Assembly (NCBI GenBank): GCA_964016885.1
Contig: OZ024746.1
Span: forward strand, 68,200,001 to 68,264,000
Direction: 5' to 3'
Length of the DNA: 64,000 nt
Origin: Eledone cirrhosa
Taxonomy: Eukaryota
The notes under the pieces are model-generated. The model ran no database searches and was not told the DNA's origin. It was given only the letters and a program-made list of their open reading frames with translations. Both the position numbers and the translations under genes were made by a program. Positions 12,499-25,431 of this stretch are shown here, one piece after another; position 1 is the first letter of the stretch; every line of letters begins with the position of its first letter.

Positions 12499-12707
12499 AG
12501 TAATAATAATAAATGTGAAGACTAAAATCCAAAGAGGGCTCGATAAGGATAAATATATATCAAACATATAAGAATCCTAGAGCAAATATGTATTAAAATA
12601 ACAGATTAAACAAAGAATTGTTGCTTTCACCTTTAACAGGATCTTCTGAAGATCCCATTAAGTGTGAAAGCAGTGATTCTTTGCTTAAACTTTAATCTGT
12701 TATTTTA

Positions 12708-12710
<3 letters not shown>
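12499..12710. repeat. TA-flanked repeat with a fold-back (arms ~12591-12710) and a hammerhead-like CTGAAGA..GAAA core
   Basis: Inverted arms centred on gatcttctgaagatc; homologous to 2875-3000. Confidence 0.6.
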
Positions 12711-12762
<52 letters not shown>

Positions 12763-12960
12763 CACACACACACAAACAGAACCTTTGTGTTATAAATGGG
12801 ATATATCATTTTACATTTTTCTGTTTTACATCTAGTACTTTTTTTTTTAGAACAAAGAATAAAATTTCAAATTTAGTTATAGATTTTTCTCTGTATTTTA
12901 TTTAGGAATAAAATATTTTCTCTCCTATCATTTGTAATGCACAGTGGTGCATTACATAGG

Positions 12961-13145
12961 GCGGTGGATTGGCAGTATCGGTAGAGGGTCGGACGCCATG
13001 CTTTCCAGCATAGTTACGTCCCTTTACGATCTGAGTTCAAATCCCGCCGAGGTTGACTTTGCCTTTCATCCTTACGGGGTCGATAAAATAAAGTACCAGT
13101 AATGCACTGGGTAATTGCTGGCCTTGTGCCTAAAGTAGAAACAAT
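12961..13145 (+). mobile_element. tRNA-derived SINE (family 1)
   Basis: Box A TGGCAGTATCGG, box B GAGTTCAAATCC; near-identical to other copies. Confidence 0.9.
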
Positions 13146-13357
13146 CATTTGTTTCAAATCTAGCTATGTATTTGATATTGTTATGTTTTCTGCCAGAATT
13201 TGCATAGACGAATGTTTCAATATCTTTACATCTCATAAATACAGCTCAGAGACAATTGTTAAGGATTTTATATACACTTATCATCAAAGATTTTATATAC
13301 ACTTAAACATAAATTTCAACACTGCTAAGTAGTTTTTCCTTTCTTATCCATTACATA

Positions 13358-13875
13358 AGCAGCTGAGCAGGCATGCTTCATTTCTTTCAAGCCTTTGCAA
13401 GTCTTTTTCAGCCAAGGCCCATGACTCACTGTTATGTAGCATTGCAGTTCACATAGTGGCATTATACAATCCACCATTCATTCAAAAGGAGAAGGTCCTT
13501 GATGTCAGCAGAGGTATTAGCACTCTAGTTTTCTTCCTGCCTGTTCTTATTCTGGTTACCACACATTCCAAGCATCCTCCAGTACAGGTGATTAAGTTAC
13601 CTAGGTAACAAAGACTGTTAACAATTTCTAGGGAGTCTCTAGGGCAATCGAAGTAATTGATTTCAAATATGTTCTTAATGCTTACTTATCCTGTGCATCT
13701 GCTGCATACAAGGTTTATTTTCTCTATTGACTGGTGTGTAATCCCACTACATCATTTGTGCATCCATCGATTACACTATGCCCCCCCCCCCCTCTTTGGG
13801 AATTTCTGCCCCCATCAAACAAGGCCACCTTCCTGATGGTATAAATTTTCTGTCTTCTTTCCTACTTATCAGTAT
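13358..13875 (-). mobile_element. Old RTE ORF relic (PHD and post-RT region)
   Basis: Minus strand shows degenerate GRWPC..WMHK*CSGI..YLG..RTG..LERNEACL motifs. Confidence 0.65.
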
Positions 13876-15529
13876 AGATATATATCAGAAAACTGTTTTT
13901 AATTGTTGTTGGTGCCACAATAAAAAGCATCTAGTTCACACTGTAATGAACTAGGTTCTGTATGACTAGGTCATGGTCATCTGGTCTGACTTGTCTCACA
14001 ACAGGACAATTCATCTAGCCCATGCTAGTGTGTAAAATGGATGTTAAACAGTGAAGATGATGATGATATATATATATATATATATATATATATCATTATC
14101 ATGTAAATATCTCAAAATCAACACCTCCATGATGACAATAACTAATTAGCTTGCTTCCAATTTTACTTGTTTAATATCTCAAGGGAATGTTTCTCTTGAT
14201 ATTTTTTAACCAAAATATTGGCTACCAAAATTTATAAGATAAACAGAAGAGATAAAAATGAATTATTTTTGAACCGAGAATCAGCAGAAAGTAGAAACAA
14301 AAACACAAAAATAATCAGAATGATAATATATTCTATAGAGTTAACATCATCAAAAACAACAAAATAAATGAATAATTCTTAAAAAGTGGTAATTTAAAAT
14401 GTTATATTTTTTGTCTTATAGAATATTTACAGTAACAATGTCTTAGAACTCTAGTATTTAAATTGTAACATCGGTATTCATTTTTTATTTTTTATTCAAT
14501 ATATTTTGGGAATCTATGTCGTAGGATAGTCAGTGAATTTTTTTTTTTTTTTTTTTAACATTTTACTATGTTAAACACATTTATCTGGAGAAACAATTTA
14601 ACATTGAAATTCTATGGTAACTCTGTATTAGTGCACAACTTAAATAAATGTAATTGAACTCTTGTAGGATAGTAACAAAGTTTCAAAAACAAATAAATTG
14701 AAGTTTCTATTTTCATATAAATAAATACTGCTGCTTCTCATGCTATGATATACTTTGGTAAATTAATAATGAGGATAATATCTACATAAACGATGAAAAA
14801 TGCTCTAGAATTTCATTATGTGTATATTGTAGAAAGCTAAATAGTTAGAGTGCTGGTTTCACCTATGTTTATGAGTTCACCTGTAAGTTTATGAGTTTGA
14901 TCCCCAGACCAGTTAGAACATTGTGTTGTTGAGCAAAGCACTTCATTTCATATTGTTACAATCCATCCAGCTGACAAAATGAATACCGCACTATTGTACC
15001 ATCCAAGTCATATAATCTGCCTGAGTTGCTTAATGCCACATGAAACCCAAATAAGCTCCAGCTTGAGGAGGTTTAAGCTCAAGAATGACTAATGTTTTTT
15101 TAACGTGGTATATCACTGTAATAGATGATGATATTTGAAGATGAAGAACAGTTATTGCAAGATTTCTAGTTTGTATATTAAAACAAAAATGATAAAGACA
15201 GCTTAGAATTGATTCTAGCGTCTATTTTTATTGATATGAATAATATTGATATTATTTGGCTTTTTTACATTATATAAAAAAGAAAAATCAAGAAAGAATA
15301 TTTATTTTGAATCAAATCAATAAATCTATTTTGATAAAAGCAAAAAGAACATTTTATTCTAGTAATCTTTGTATTGTTTTCTAATATATTTTAATTGGGG
15401 ACAGGCAAATTTTATAGAACATTGTCGATTTATATTAAACTTTTCATCTATAACTCAAATATACATAAATATATAAAAATGAATAAAACATAGCAATCTC
15501 TCTTTTGTTCTCTTTCTCTCTGTATGCAT

Positions 15530-15790
<261 letters not shown>

Positions 15791-16825
15791 AGAGAATTAT
15801 GTTTTATTTATTAATTCTTTTAGGTCTAATTGCAAAGACCATATTTTATATAAAATTTGAAACAGAAGAGAATAATATCTAGGATTATATGCTATCAAAA
15901 GATCATGCACCATATAAATTTTCTTTGGATTAAAATAATCTACTTAGTGAATTATAGTGGAAGCTAGTAATAAATATTTGAAAACTGATCATAAATACTT
16001 ATAAAGTGGTAATAAATATGTCATCTGAGAAATAGTTACTCTTTGAAGATAGAATTTATAACTGATACCATTGAGAATGCACTTGATAGTTTGTTGGAGT
16101 TTCTAAAAATATACAATAGAAGCATGAATGTATGATTCAGAAGTTTACTTTGTAATCATGAAGTTTCTGTTTCTATCCTTTGAGTATTCATTTATTTATT
16201 TATTCAATTTAAACGTCCGTATAGAGATAGTAAGCCATGACAGACTAGGGGAAGTATCGAGTACTCTATTGGGAATCAAAAAGAACTAGTGAGACAAGTA
16301 ATAAAAAAAAAGAAAAAATGTAAAAACTAAAATAAAAAAGGAAATGGGCGGGGAAATAAAGTGTCTTCTACTTTAACCTCATCTTATTGATGGTGCACCA
16401 GTTTAAGCATTCAATGCTATTACATGGATATAGCTACTAATGTAGGAAATCATCATTTCTATAGTCACCAGTTATTGGTAACAGTCACAAGCTTAGTATT
16501 AATAATAAGTGAATGGGAATGAAATATCAATTTAGAATCTTATATATATTGTATTCACATGTGTTGCATGTTTTGTAATCAATCAGTTCAAGGTACAATT
16601 GGTCACAATCAGGCTTGACTCTAGAATCGATAGCTTCTCAAATCTTCTAGAGCATGTGACTTAGTGGTTAGGGTGTTTGAAGGAGATGTTGATATTTCTT
16701 TATATTTCACACAGATACTACACACACAGTCAGTATTTTAACTACTTAGCTTTATTGTCATTGAGCTCCATATATGCTCTACACTTTGCAAATGCTTTGA
16801 AATGGCAACATTATAAAACTGACAC

Positions 16826-17009
16826 GGCAGTGGATTGGCAGTATCGGTAGAGGGTCGGACGCCATGCTTTCCAACATAGTTACGTCCCTTTACGATCTGA
16901 GTTCAAATCCCGTCGAGGTTGACTTTGCCTTTCATCCTTACGGGGTCGATAAAATAAAGTACCAGTAATGCACTGGGTAATTGCTGGCCTTGTGCCTAAA
17001 GTAGAAACA
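16826..17009 (+). mobile_element. tRNA-derived SINE (family 1) with a 16-bp TSD
   Basis: TSD ATTATAAAACTGACAC at 16810-16825 and 17010-17025. Confidence 0.93.
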
Positions 17010-17959
17010 ATTATAAAACTGACACCAGTGACATTTACACATCATATTGTCTTTAATATTTAATTATACATTCTTCTAATAACTTTGTTATATTTATCTT
17101 TCTCTAATCTTTTAGAGCAGTTCACTGCTTGTTCCCTACAATTTACGGATGTTATAACACACCTTATTATAACTCTAAATATTAAAAATCACATTAATAT
17201 TTACATTGCTGTAAATATTAATGTGATTGCTGCATGGAATATTTAATGGTCTACTCACTACTGCGAACTTTGCTTTAATGGCTTAATCACAGGAATAAGG
17301 ACAGCACCCTTCACCCTTGAACTTTCGCAAGGCCTGCAAGGTATGCAGAGAGGTGGGTAGAGGGTGCCATGACTCCAAGCATCAATACTAGAGCAGATTG
17401 TGAGAGCATTCAACTGGCAAGTCATACATAGTTCTGCATTCAATATGGCTACTGAGCAGTGCCCACTTAAATTTCTTAAGCACCCACCCAAAATTCCACT
17501 CAAATCAAAAAGGCCGCCCTATACTTGAGTTTTAGAACATACAGTCAAGGAGTAGACTCTGGACATTACTAAACCTCCAAATACCACTGTGTAGAAGAAA
17601 CTCCAGACTAAAGACCTGGTCCAAATGTTTGCTGCAGAAAGCACACTACAAAGGGCAGACAAGGGCTAGGTGGTAGTTTTAAAAAGAACAATAGGTGAAA
17701 CCTAAAAGGAGGAATACTCTCCTCTTCTTTCTCAGTCAAGTAATTTTCCAGTGGTTTTTTTAACATCATTAAATTTTCATATTATTAAATTTCAAATAAT
17801 GTACTATTTAACATATGATTTTATTCTACAAAAGAAGTTTAAATAATGTTGTACTGAAAGCGAGCTGTAGATGACAAAAAAGAAATAGAAAAACTGGTTG
17901 AATTCAGATAACAGGGTAATAGGCAAATTGATAAGAAGAAAAATTCAATGCAAGGCAAT

Positions 17960-18440
17960 ACGTTGCATGATAGATCTATATAATCCATATTAGAATAGAG
18001 TAAAAGAAAGCCCTAGACATTAAAATGTTGGAGATATGTGTGTACATGTACAGATACTTTCAAACAAATGCAGTTTATTCAGAAAAAATAGCTCTAACAT
18101 TATCAAAGAAATATCTAAAGCAATAACAATTCAGTACATCTCTTCCATTAAATATAAAAATCAACAAAAATGTCAACATTATGTTCCAGATTATAAAACA
18201 TAAATATGCGCATTTATGAAAGTTACTTGCTCAAACGATGTGAATAGCTCATCCAGTATCTGAGAAGAAAGGAAGAATATTCACAGGCAGACATTTTGGA
18301 ATTGAAAGTGTAGGTTATTATTGTGAATTTTGTTACTTCAAGAAATTCTGAAGCAAAAATTGCGAGAAAGCTAAAAATTGCAGGCAGTGAAAAAAATAAT
18401 ATTTCATATAATGTAATTTGTGCAAAGTCAATTTTTAAGT
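17960..18440 (+). pseudogene. Possible highly decayed REL-endonuclease (R4/NeSL-like) non-LTR relic
   Basis: Reading through stops gives QKCQHYVPDYKT*ICAFMKVTCSNDVNSSSSI*EERKN, reminiscent of the KCxHNxPD..(D/E)xxCPxDxN..KE REL motif; weak. Confidence 0.3.
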
Positions 18441-18584
18441 AAGACATTGAAAATATTCAAACATTTCCTAAATTACAGGATGAAACTATGTTATACTTTT
18501 GTTACTAGAATATCAAATACAGGATGGAATAGCAAAAAATATGAAAATAGGTAACATACATACACATATACAAACACACACACG

Positions 18585-18657
<73 letters not shown>

Positions 18658-18759
18658 ATATACATATATATGACAATTTAACAGGAAAAGATGAAAAAAT
18701 GTATTGCATCAATCTGCACAGCTTTGAAAAAAATTGATATTAAAATGATGTATGTATGC

Positions 18760-18847
18760 ATGTCAGGTTGCTCATCAGCGCTACTGGTAACATGTAACCC
18801 AGTACAACCTGTGCATAGTCAGGTCATCAGCAACTAAACCGGCAACC
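18760..18847 (+). ncRNA. Degenerate HDV-like ribozyme candidate
   Basis: Element order P1(atgtcag)-P2(ggttgc..)-P3(cag)-L3-P3'(ctg)-P1'(gtaacat)-P4-J4/2(actaa)-P2'(..gcaacc); P1 and P2 contain mismatches. Confidence 0.4.
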
Positions 18848-19280
18848 CCACAAAGCTTGCTTGGTGAGGAGGGTGATTTGGGACACTCACCAAAAGGCAG
18901 AGGAACTCAGAAGAGTCAATGGCTATCCAATAATTTTTTATTTTTTTTGTGGAGTGAGAGACTCCTAGTCTTCATTAAGTCATCTCTTTAGGAGAAGGTC
19001 ACTTTTATATAAAACCAGTGACTTCATTTGCATCCAATGACCAGTTATTCTGTTGGGGGAAATGCATTTGAGGTTCAGAGAGTGGGATTGACCCTGTGCA
19101 AAGCCTTTCCTCACTTGAAAAAACTTCAAGCATGGGCACATCTTGATATGTGACATTTTTTGTGATGCATGGTATTGCTGGCCATAGGAAAGTCCCTAGC
19201 AGGACTAAAACGCTATGTCCATGATGCTCATACTTAAGTATCAAGCGATGGCATTACTCGAAATCAAGTTGCAGCCATCA
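18760..19280 (+). mobile_element. Old RTE-related non-autonomous retroposon / 5' UTR relic
   Basis: Bounded by (TATG)n; contains 'gactcctagtcttc..taggagaagg..aaacc', homologous to 52748-52815. Confidence 0.5.
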
Positions 19281-19689
19281 TCTATGTATTTATAATGTAT
19301 GTATGTAAGTATGTGTATGCATGTAACTATGTGTGGTATGTATGTGTCGTATGAATGTTTATGTGAACCTGTGTGTATACATATATTGATAAATATAGGA
19401 AATCTATAAGAGTCATGTACTTTCGTCGTTGTTTAATATCTTACAGCGATATTTATATTACATATATTAACATTTTACACAGAGATACAAATGTAATAGG
19501 AGTAAATAGGAAAAGAAATTGTTTACAATATTAATGCAACTACTTCATATATCTTCAGGCCTAACACTACCTTCGAGCAAGCAAATACTTCAGAGGATGG
19601 TGGGAGAGGGGGGGGGGGATCTTTACAAATTATGAAATATATATATATTCTATAAATAGGTCAATGAAGCCTTTCATCATATCATTATT

Positions 19690-19866
19690 TGGCAGTATCG
19701 GTAGAGGGTCGGACGTCATGCTTTCCAGCATAGTTACGTCCCTTTACGATCTGAGTTCAAATCCCGCCAAAGTTGATTTTGCCTTTCATCCTTACGGAGT
19801 CAATAAAATAAAGTACCAGTAATGCACTGGGTAATTGCTGGCCCTGTGCCTAAAGTAGAAACAATT
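19690..19866 (+). mobile_element. tRNA-derived SINE (family 1), slightly 5'-truncated
   Basis: tggcagtatcggtagagggtcgg...gtagaaacaat. Confidence 0.88.
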
Positions 19867-20229
19867 GTTTAATCAAAACAAACTGCTTTTGGTTATTCTG
19901 AAACAGGATATCTAATAAATATTTAGTGTAAAAACATTATCAAGAAATATTAAGAGAAAAGACATTTATGAAACAATCATCCCTTTTAGATTTTACATTG
20001 ATTTTCTGTGCTGGCATGGGCTGGATAAAACATTTTGAGGCAGAATTCTACGGCTGGATGGTCTTTTGGATACCAACTCTCATTTCATTTTTAAGTCTAA
20101 CTGGTGTACAGTAAAACTTATATTTATGTAAGACAGAGCCAAACATCATTGCACAAGCATTGAAAAATGTCAAATGAAAACCCAGAGTCAAACTAACACA
20201 TGCACACACACACACACACACACACATAC

Positions 20230-20325
<96 letters not shown>

Positions 20326-20483
20326 TGGACGTCATACAGTTTCTATATCAATACATGTGTCATTCTGAGGTTATAGCATATTAAATATTTCATAAACACA
20401 AGATCTAACAAAAATATAGAAAACTAAGATTCCATTAGTTACTAGAGTACAAATACATCTTGAGTTAGAAATAAATACATATA

Positions 20484-20680
20484 TCAGACCTGCAAACCTC
20501 TAAAAACCCAAACGGAGAGTACCTTGAAAAAAAGTGCCCTAAAACAGGGAGAAATGTGGCAAAATGAGGAGATTATACATAATGAAAACTATACCTATTT
20601 TCACAAGAGAAGACATCTCTCACCCACTCCAAAGTGAGTGGGAGATCTCCCCGTCGGACAGGGAGAGTTGAAAGGTCTGA
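20484..20680. mobile_element. MITE-like element
   Basis: Imperfect TIRs tcagacctgcaaacctct / agagttgaaaggtctga; TATA on both sides. Confidence 0.6.
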
Positions 20681-21831
20681 TATATGGAGGAGTCATATCT
20701 GTATATTATTGTTACTTGTCATTGTTACTTAAACATTCATTTGAAAGGGTTCCTATTTCTATAAATATCTTCTGTGTATACTTGAATATAAGTTGATCTG
20801 AATATATGCCAGTCCCTTATTTTGTGTCTGAGAAATGAGCAAAATTCCAAACCCCGTTTATATGCTGAGGCAGCTAATCAACACATTATATGTAGATGGC
20901 AAATATAAACGGACCACCTACATTTTACATCAAATTTTTTATCACATACTTCTTGGTTTATATTCGAGTATTGTAATTTTGCATATGAACCATACATTAA
21001 GTTGTAATGAAATAATTAATAATTTTAGTAAATCCTGCCAAATTTTCCATTAATTAAAATAGAGTGCATTTCATTAGGATTTTGGTACTAAAAGGTTTAG
21101 AGTGTAATAAGCATGTATTTAGCCATGAATGCATTTACATAATTTGAACAAATTTGATGACAAACAAAATTACTAAAATATTAATAATTATGATTATATC
21201 ATACTGGCAGGAAGTTTTCTGAAACAATAAAATAATTGCTGCAAGAAGATGTCAATGAACAAATAATGATTAATATTGTTTATAAGTTTCAATGAGGAAA
21301 AAGGACTTGTTATCCTACATGGATGTATTTATACATTTAAATCTTTGTATATTCAGTGCAAAAAAATATGACATGGATTACACAGTATTTATCACTGCAT
21401 TCAATTAACATGCTATACTCCATAAACACACTTTTCCAAACTTAAACTTCTTAATTATTCATTATTGTAATATTATTCATAAACTATAAACACTTGAATC
21501 ATGCATAATAAAAGTTTATTAGTTTATTCTGGAAATATTGTAATAGAATCACCAGGAAATGCTTCTCATACATATTGCCAAATGCCAACATCTTTGTCTT
21601 TTTGAGGCATTTTTTCTACAAACGGATGACGTTTCTAATGCCAACCCATACTTTATTTAAATATGGTATATATCGTCATTGTTCATCAAACTGGTACACC
21701 ACAGGACATTGTTTATGGAGAACATAAACAACACCACTATTTTCTAAATTGTATCAATATGAAAACATTTGCATTTAACACACACACACGAATATATATA
21801 CATATATATACATATATATACATATATATGT

Positions 21832-24800
21832 ATGCCATTTCCACTGCTGCTGCTACTACCTGCCTAACTAACTCTCTCCTCCTCTGGCGCATCCCAACAC
21901 ACCCTGCCATTACCCCACCACCACTGTTCTTCTAGCCCTCAATTTTCCCACCGTTATGGATGGATGAGCTGGGAATACACGAGCAACTCTGAATCAATAG
22001 ATGAAATATGAATCTGCGAGCTACCAAGCACCCACGTGAAGCGCCAACCCAGAGACCCTCCCCTACGAGTGTCGACAAATGCCCAAAACTCCTAGTTGGT
22101 ACCATCAATGTAGGCTCAATGAAAGGAAGAGCAGGAGAAATCGTAGAAATGCTAGAGCGAAAGGAAGTTGATGTATGCTGTGTGCAAGAGGCTAGATGGA
22201 GAGGAGGGTCTGCTAGAGTCCTTGTAGGAAAAAGCCAGTGCTACAAATTTTTCTGGGTGGGAAATGACGATGGGATGGGTGGTGTAGGTATACTATTAGC
22301 TGACAAGTGGGTAGATAAAGTAATCTCAGTGTACAGGGTAAATGCAAGAATCATTAAACTCAGACTAGTCCTGAATAAGACAATTACCACAATAATATCA
22401 GCTTACGCACCCCAATCGGGGCTGCCAGACGAACTTAAGGATAGGTTTTACGAGTCCCTAATACACACTACTGCTCTAACAGACAACAAGGACTTCCTAA
22501 TCATTGCAGGAGATTTTAACGGACACGTAGGTAAACACTGCGACGGCTTCAATAGAGTACATGGAGGCCATGGAGTTGGCACAAGGAATGAGGAAGGATT
22601 CAGACTTCTAGAATTCTGCGACGCCAATGACATGTCGATATGTAACACAAACTTTAAAAAACCCGACAACCACCTGATCACCTATAGATCAGGGGAGCAC
22701 TCTAGTCAGTTAGATTTTATCCTCATCAGAGGACGTGACAGATGGACGGTCGTAAACACAAAAGCCTTCCCTAGTGAGGAATGTACATCCCAACATAGCT
22801 TAGTTGTCAGCGACCTCACGGTCAGAACTAGACGAGCCCTGAAACAGAGGCCAACCTGGAGAAGAAAGATCTGGAAGCTGAAAGTCCCCTCAACCAGTAA
22901 CAGATTTAAAGATATTTTACTCAACGCCTACGACAGTAAAGAAGAACAGATAGAGACATTTAACATAGAAGAGAACTGGGAGTTCCTAAAAAATAACTTA
23001 CTAGAGGCGACGGATGAGGTTTGTGGCTGGAGTAAGACCTCAAGCAGGAGGAGAGTGACTTGGTGGTGGAACAATAAGGTAGATGAAGCAGTCAAGGCCA
23101 AGAGACAGGCATGGAAAGAATGGAAGAACGGGGGGAGCAGGGTACATTACATAGAGACCAAGAGGGAAGCTAGGCGACAAGTATACTTAGCTAGGAGGGA
23201 AGCAGAGGATAGAAAATTCAAGCATGTTTTACAACGTGAGGACCAGAAACAGGAGGTATTCAAGATTGCGAGGCAGTGTGTCAGAGATAGTTGTGATGTC
23301 ATTGGAGAGAAGTGTATCCGGAATGATAAAGGTGAGCTTGCCCTCACAAGTGCTGAGAAGAAAGATGCATGGAAGAGTCATTATGATAGATTACTAAATG
23401 AGGAGAATGCATGGGAAGAAGAGACCCTACCCCACGTAGACCCTATAGAGGGACCAGCAGTACAAGTCAGCGGCAGCGTAGTAAGTAAGGCAATCAGAGA
23501 TATGAAGATAGGGAAGGCAACCGGTCCATCGGGTATAGCTGCCGAGATGCTGAAGGCATCTGGGTCTGTAGGTCACACTATAACCACACGTATCGTTAAC
23601 CAGGTAATACTAGAAGGGGCCATACCAAAAGATTGGTGCAGTAGCATCATTGTCAACTGCTACAAAGGTAAAGGCGATGCACTAGATAGAGGAAACTATA
23701 GAGGTATAAAGTTGATGGACCAGGTCATGAAAGTAACAGAAAGAGTTATAGCACAGCTGATTAGGGACCGGGTGAATATAGACGAGATGCAATTTGGGTT
23801 TGTACCAGGGAAAGGCACCACTGATGCCCTCTTCCTTGTGAGGCAATTACAGGAAAAGTACCTAGCTAAAAGTAAGCCACTCTACTTGGCATTTGTCGAC
23901 CTTGAGAAAGCCTTTGACAGAGTTCCACGTGCAGTAATCTGGTGGGCTCTTAGAAAACTAGGAGTAGATGAATGGCTTGTGAAAGCGGTACAAGCCATGT
24001 ATAGGGGAGCAGTCAGCAAAGTTAGGATTGGCAATGAGTATAGCGAGGAATTTAGCGTACAGGTTGGGGTCCACCAGGGCTCTGTTCTTAGCCCTCTCCT
24101 GTTCATCATAGTCCTGCAGGCAATAACGGAGGAGTTTAAGACCGGATGCCCATGGGAACTCCTGTATGCTGATGACCTCGCACTCATAGCTGAATCTATG
24201 GTAGAACTAGAGAATAAATTCCAAACCTGGAAGCAGGGACTAGAGAGAAAGGGCCTCAAAGTCAACATGACAAAGACTAAGGTCCTTGTAAGTAGACGAG
24301 AAAACAGAACCCAGATCCCCTCAGGGAAATGGCCTTGCTCAGTATGTAGGAAAGGTGTAGGTAGGAACTCCATTCTCTGCCCCAAATGCAAACAATGGGT
24401 ACACAAGAGATGTAGCGGGATCTCAGGAAGCTTAATTAAGAATGTAGGATTCACATGCAGCAGCTGTGCTGAAACAGCAAGCAAACAGCCACAGGAAACA
24501 AGTACCAACAATCTCTGGGAGGGCCCTGTAGAAACAGTAGACAGCTTCTGCTACCTAGGTGACCGAATTAGCAACGGAGGTGGGTGCTCAGAAAGTACAA
24601 TAACTAGGGTAAGAACGGGATGGAAGAAGTTTAGGGAACTACTACCACTGCTAGCTGCAAAAGGCTTCTCCCTCAGAATGAAAGGCAGACTGTATGATGC
24701 GTGTATCCGAACAGCGATGTTGCATGGTAGTGAGACCTAGGCGCTGAAGGTGGAAGACTTACGTAGATTAGAGAGAAACGAAGCCTGCATGCTCCGATGG

Positions 24801-25431
24801 ATGTGTAACAGTAATATACGTGAACGACAAAGCATAAAGGAATTGAGAGAGAGACTGAGCATAAGAGGAATCAAATGCTGCGTGCAGGAGAGGCGGTTAC
24901 GCTGGTATGGACATGTGATGCGTATGAAGGATGACAGCTGCATAAAAAGGTGCAGAGCACTAGAAGTTGATGGAAACCGCAGAGTGGGGAGACCCAAGAT
25001 GACTTGGGATGAGGTGATAAAAGCCGACCTTACCCAACTACACCTCTCAAAGTCAATGACACACGACCGTGACTTCTGGCGTCACGCAGTAATACAGGGT
25101 ACCCGACCTCCCATGGGTACATGCTGAAGCATATAAACAATATGCCCCCCCCCCCCCACCGCAAGGTGGCCGTGGAGGTGCCACGGCAAAAAAACACCCA
25201 GCCCACACTGTAAAGAGGACGTGTAGGCGCCACGAAAAAGCACCCAGCACTCACTGTAAATGAGGTTGGTGTTAGGAAGGGCATCCAGCTGTAAAAATCA
25301 AGCCAGATCAGTTCCTGTATGAGCAAGGCATGGTCAGCCGACCAGACACTGCCCACAACAGGACAACCCGTCTAACCCATGCTAGCGTGGAAGAACGGAC
25401 GTAAAACGGTGATGATGATGATGATGATGAT
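21832..25431 (+). mobile_element. RTE-clade LINE, family A, copy 1 (complete ORF, short 5' UTR)
   Basis: Single long APE-RT ORF, ~280-nt 3' UTR, (GAT)n tail; 5' end abuts TA-rich microsatellite. Confidence 0.97.
22008..25127 (+). pseudogene. RTE ORF (1039 codons): APE endonuclease, reverse transcriptase and inserted PHD finger; one premature TAG at 24738-24740
   Basis: GTINVGSM, CCVQE, SAYAPQ, GDFNGH, LDFIL (APE); NYRGIKL, FVDLEKAFD, GVHQGSVLSP, LYADD, YLG (RT); RRLRWYGHV and GRPKxTW (RTE C-terminus). ORFs 22008-24740 and 24750-25127 are in the same frame. Confidence 0.96.

Noticed and set aside
12961-13045. tRNA-like sequences
   Set aside because: These are SINE heads with A/B boxes fused to a SINE body and TSDs; there is no intact cloverleaf.
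17250-17730. GC-richer block that might be an exon or LINE fragment (similarly 46860-47450)
   Set aside because: No sustained ORF or motif that I can identify; probably an old repeat, left unassigned.
23882-24511. Long antisense ORFs over RTE coding regions (also 27939-28487, 31332-31778, 37758-38258)
   Set aside because: Shadow frames of the RTE ORF with no recognisable motifs.
22008-25127. RT considered as a prokaryotic retron, DGR or group II intron RT
   Set aside because: The N-terminal APE domain, RTE C-terminal motifs, (GAT)n tail and eukaryotic repeat context identify it as a non-LTR retrotransposon.
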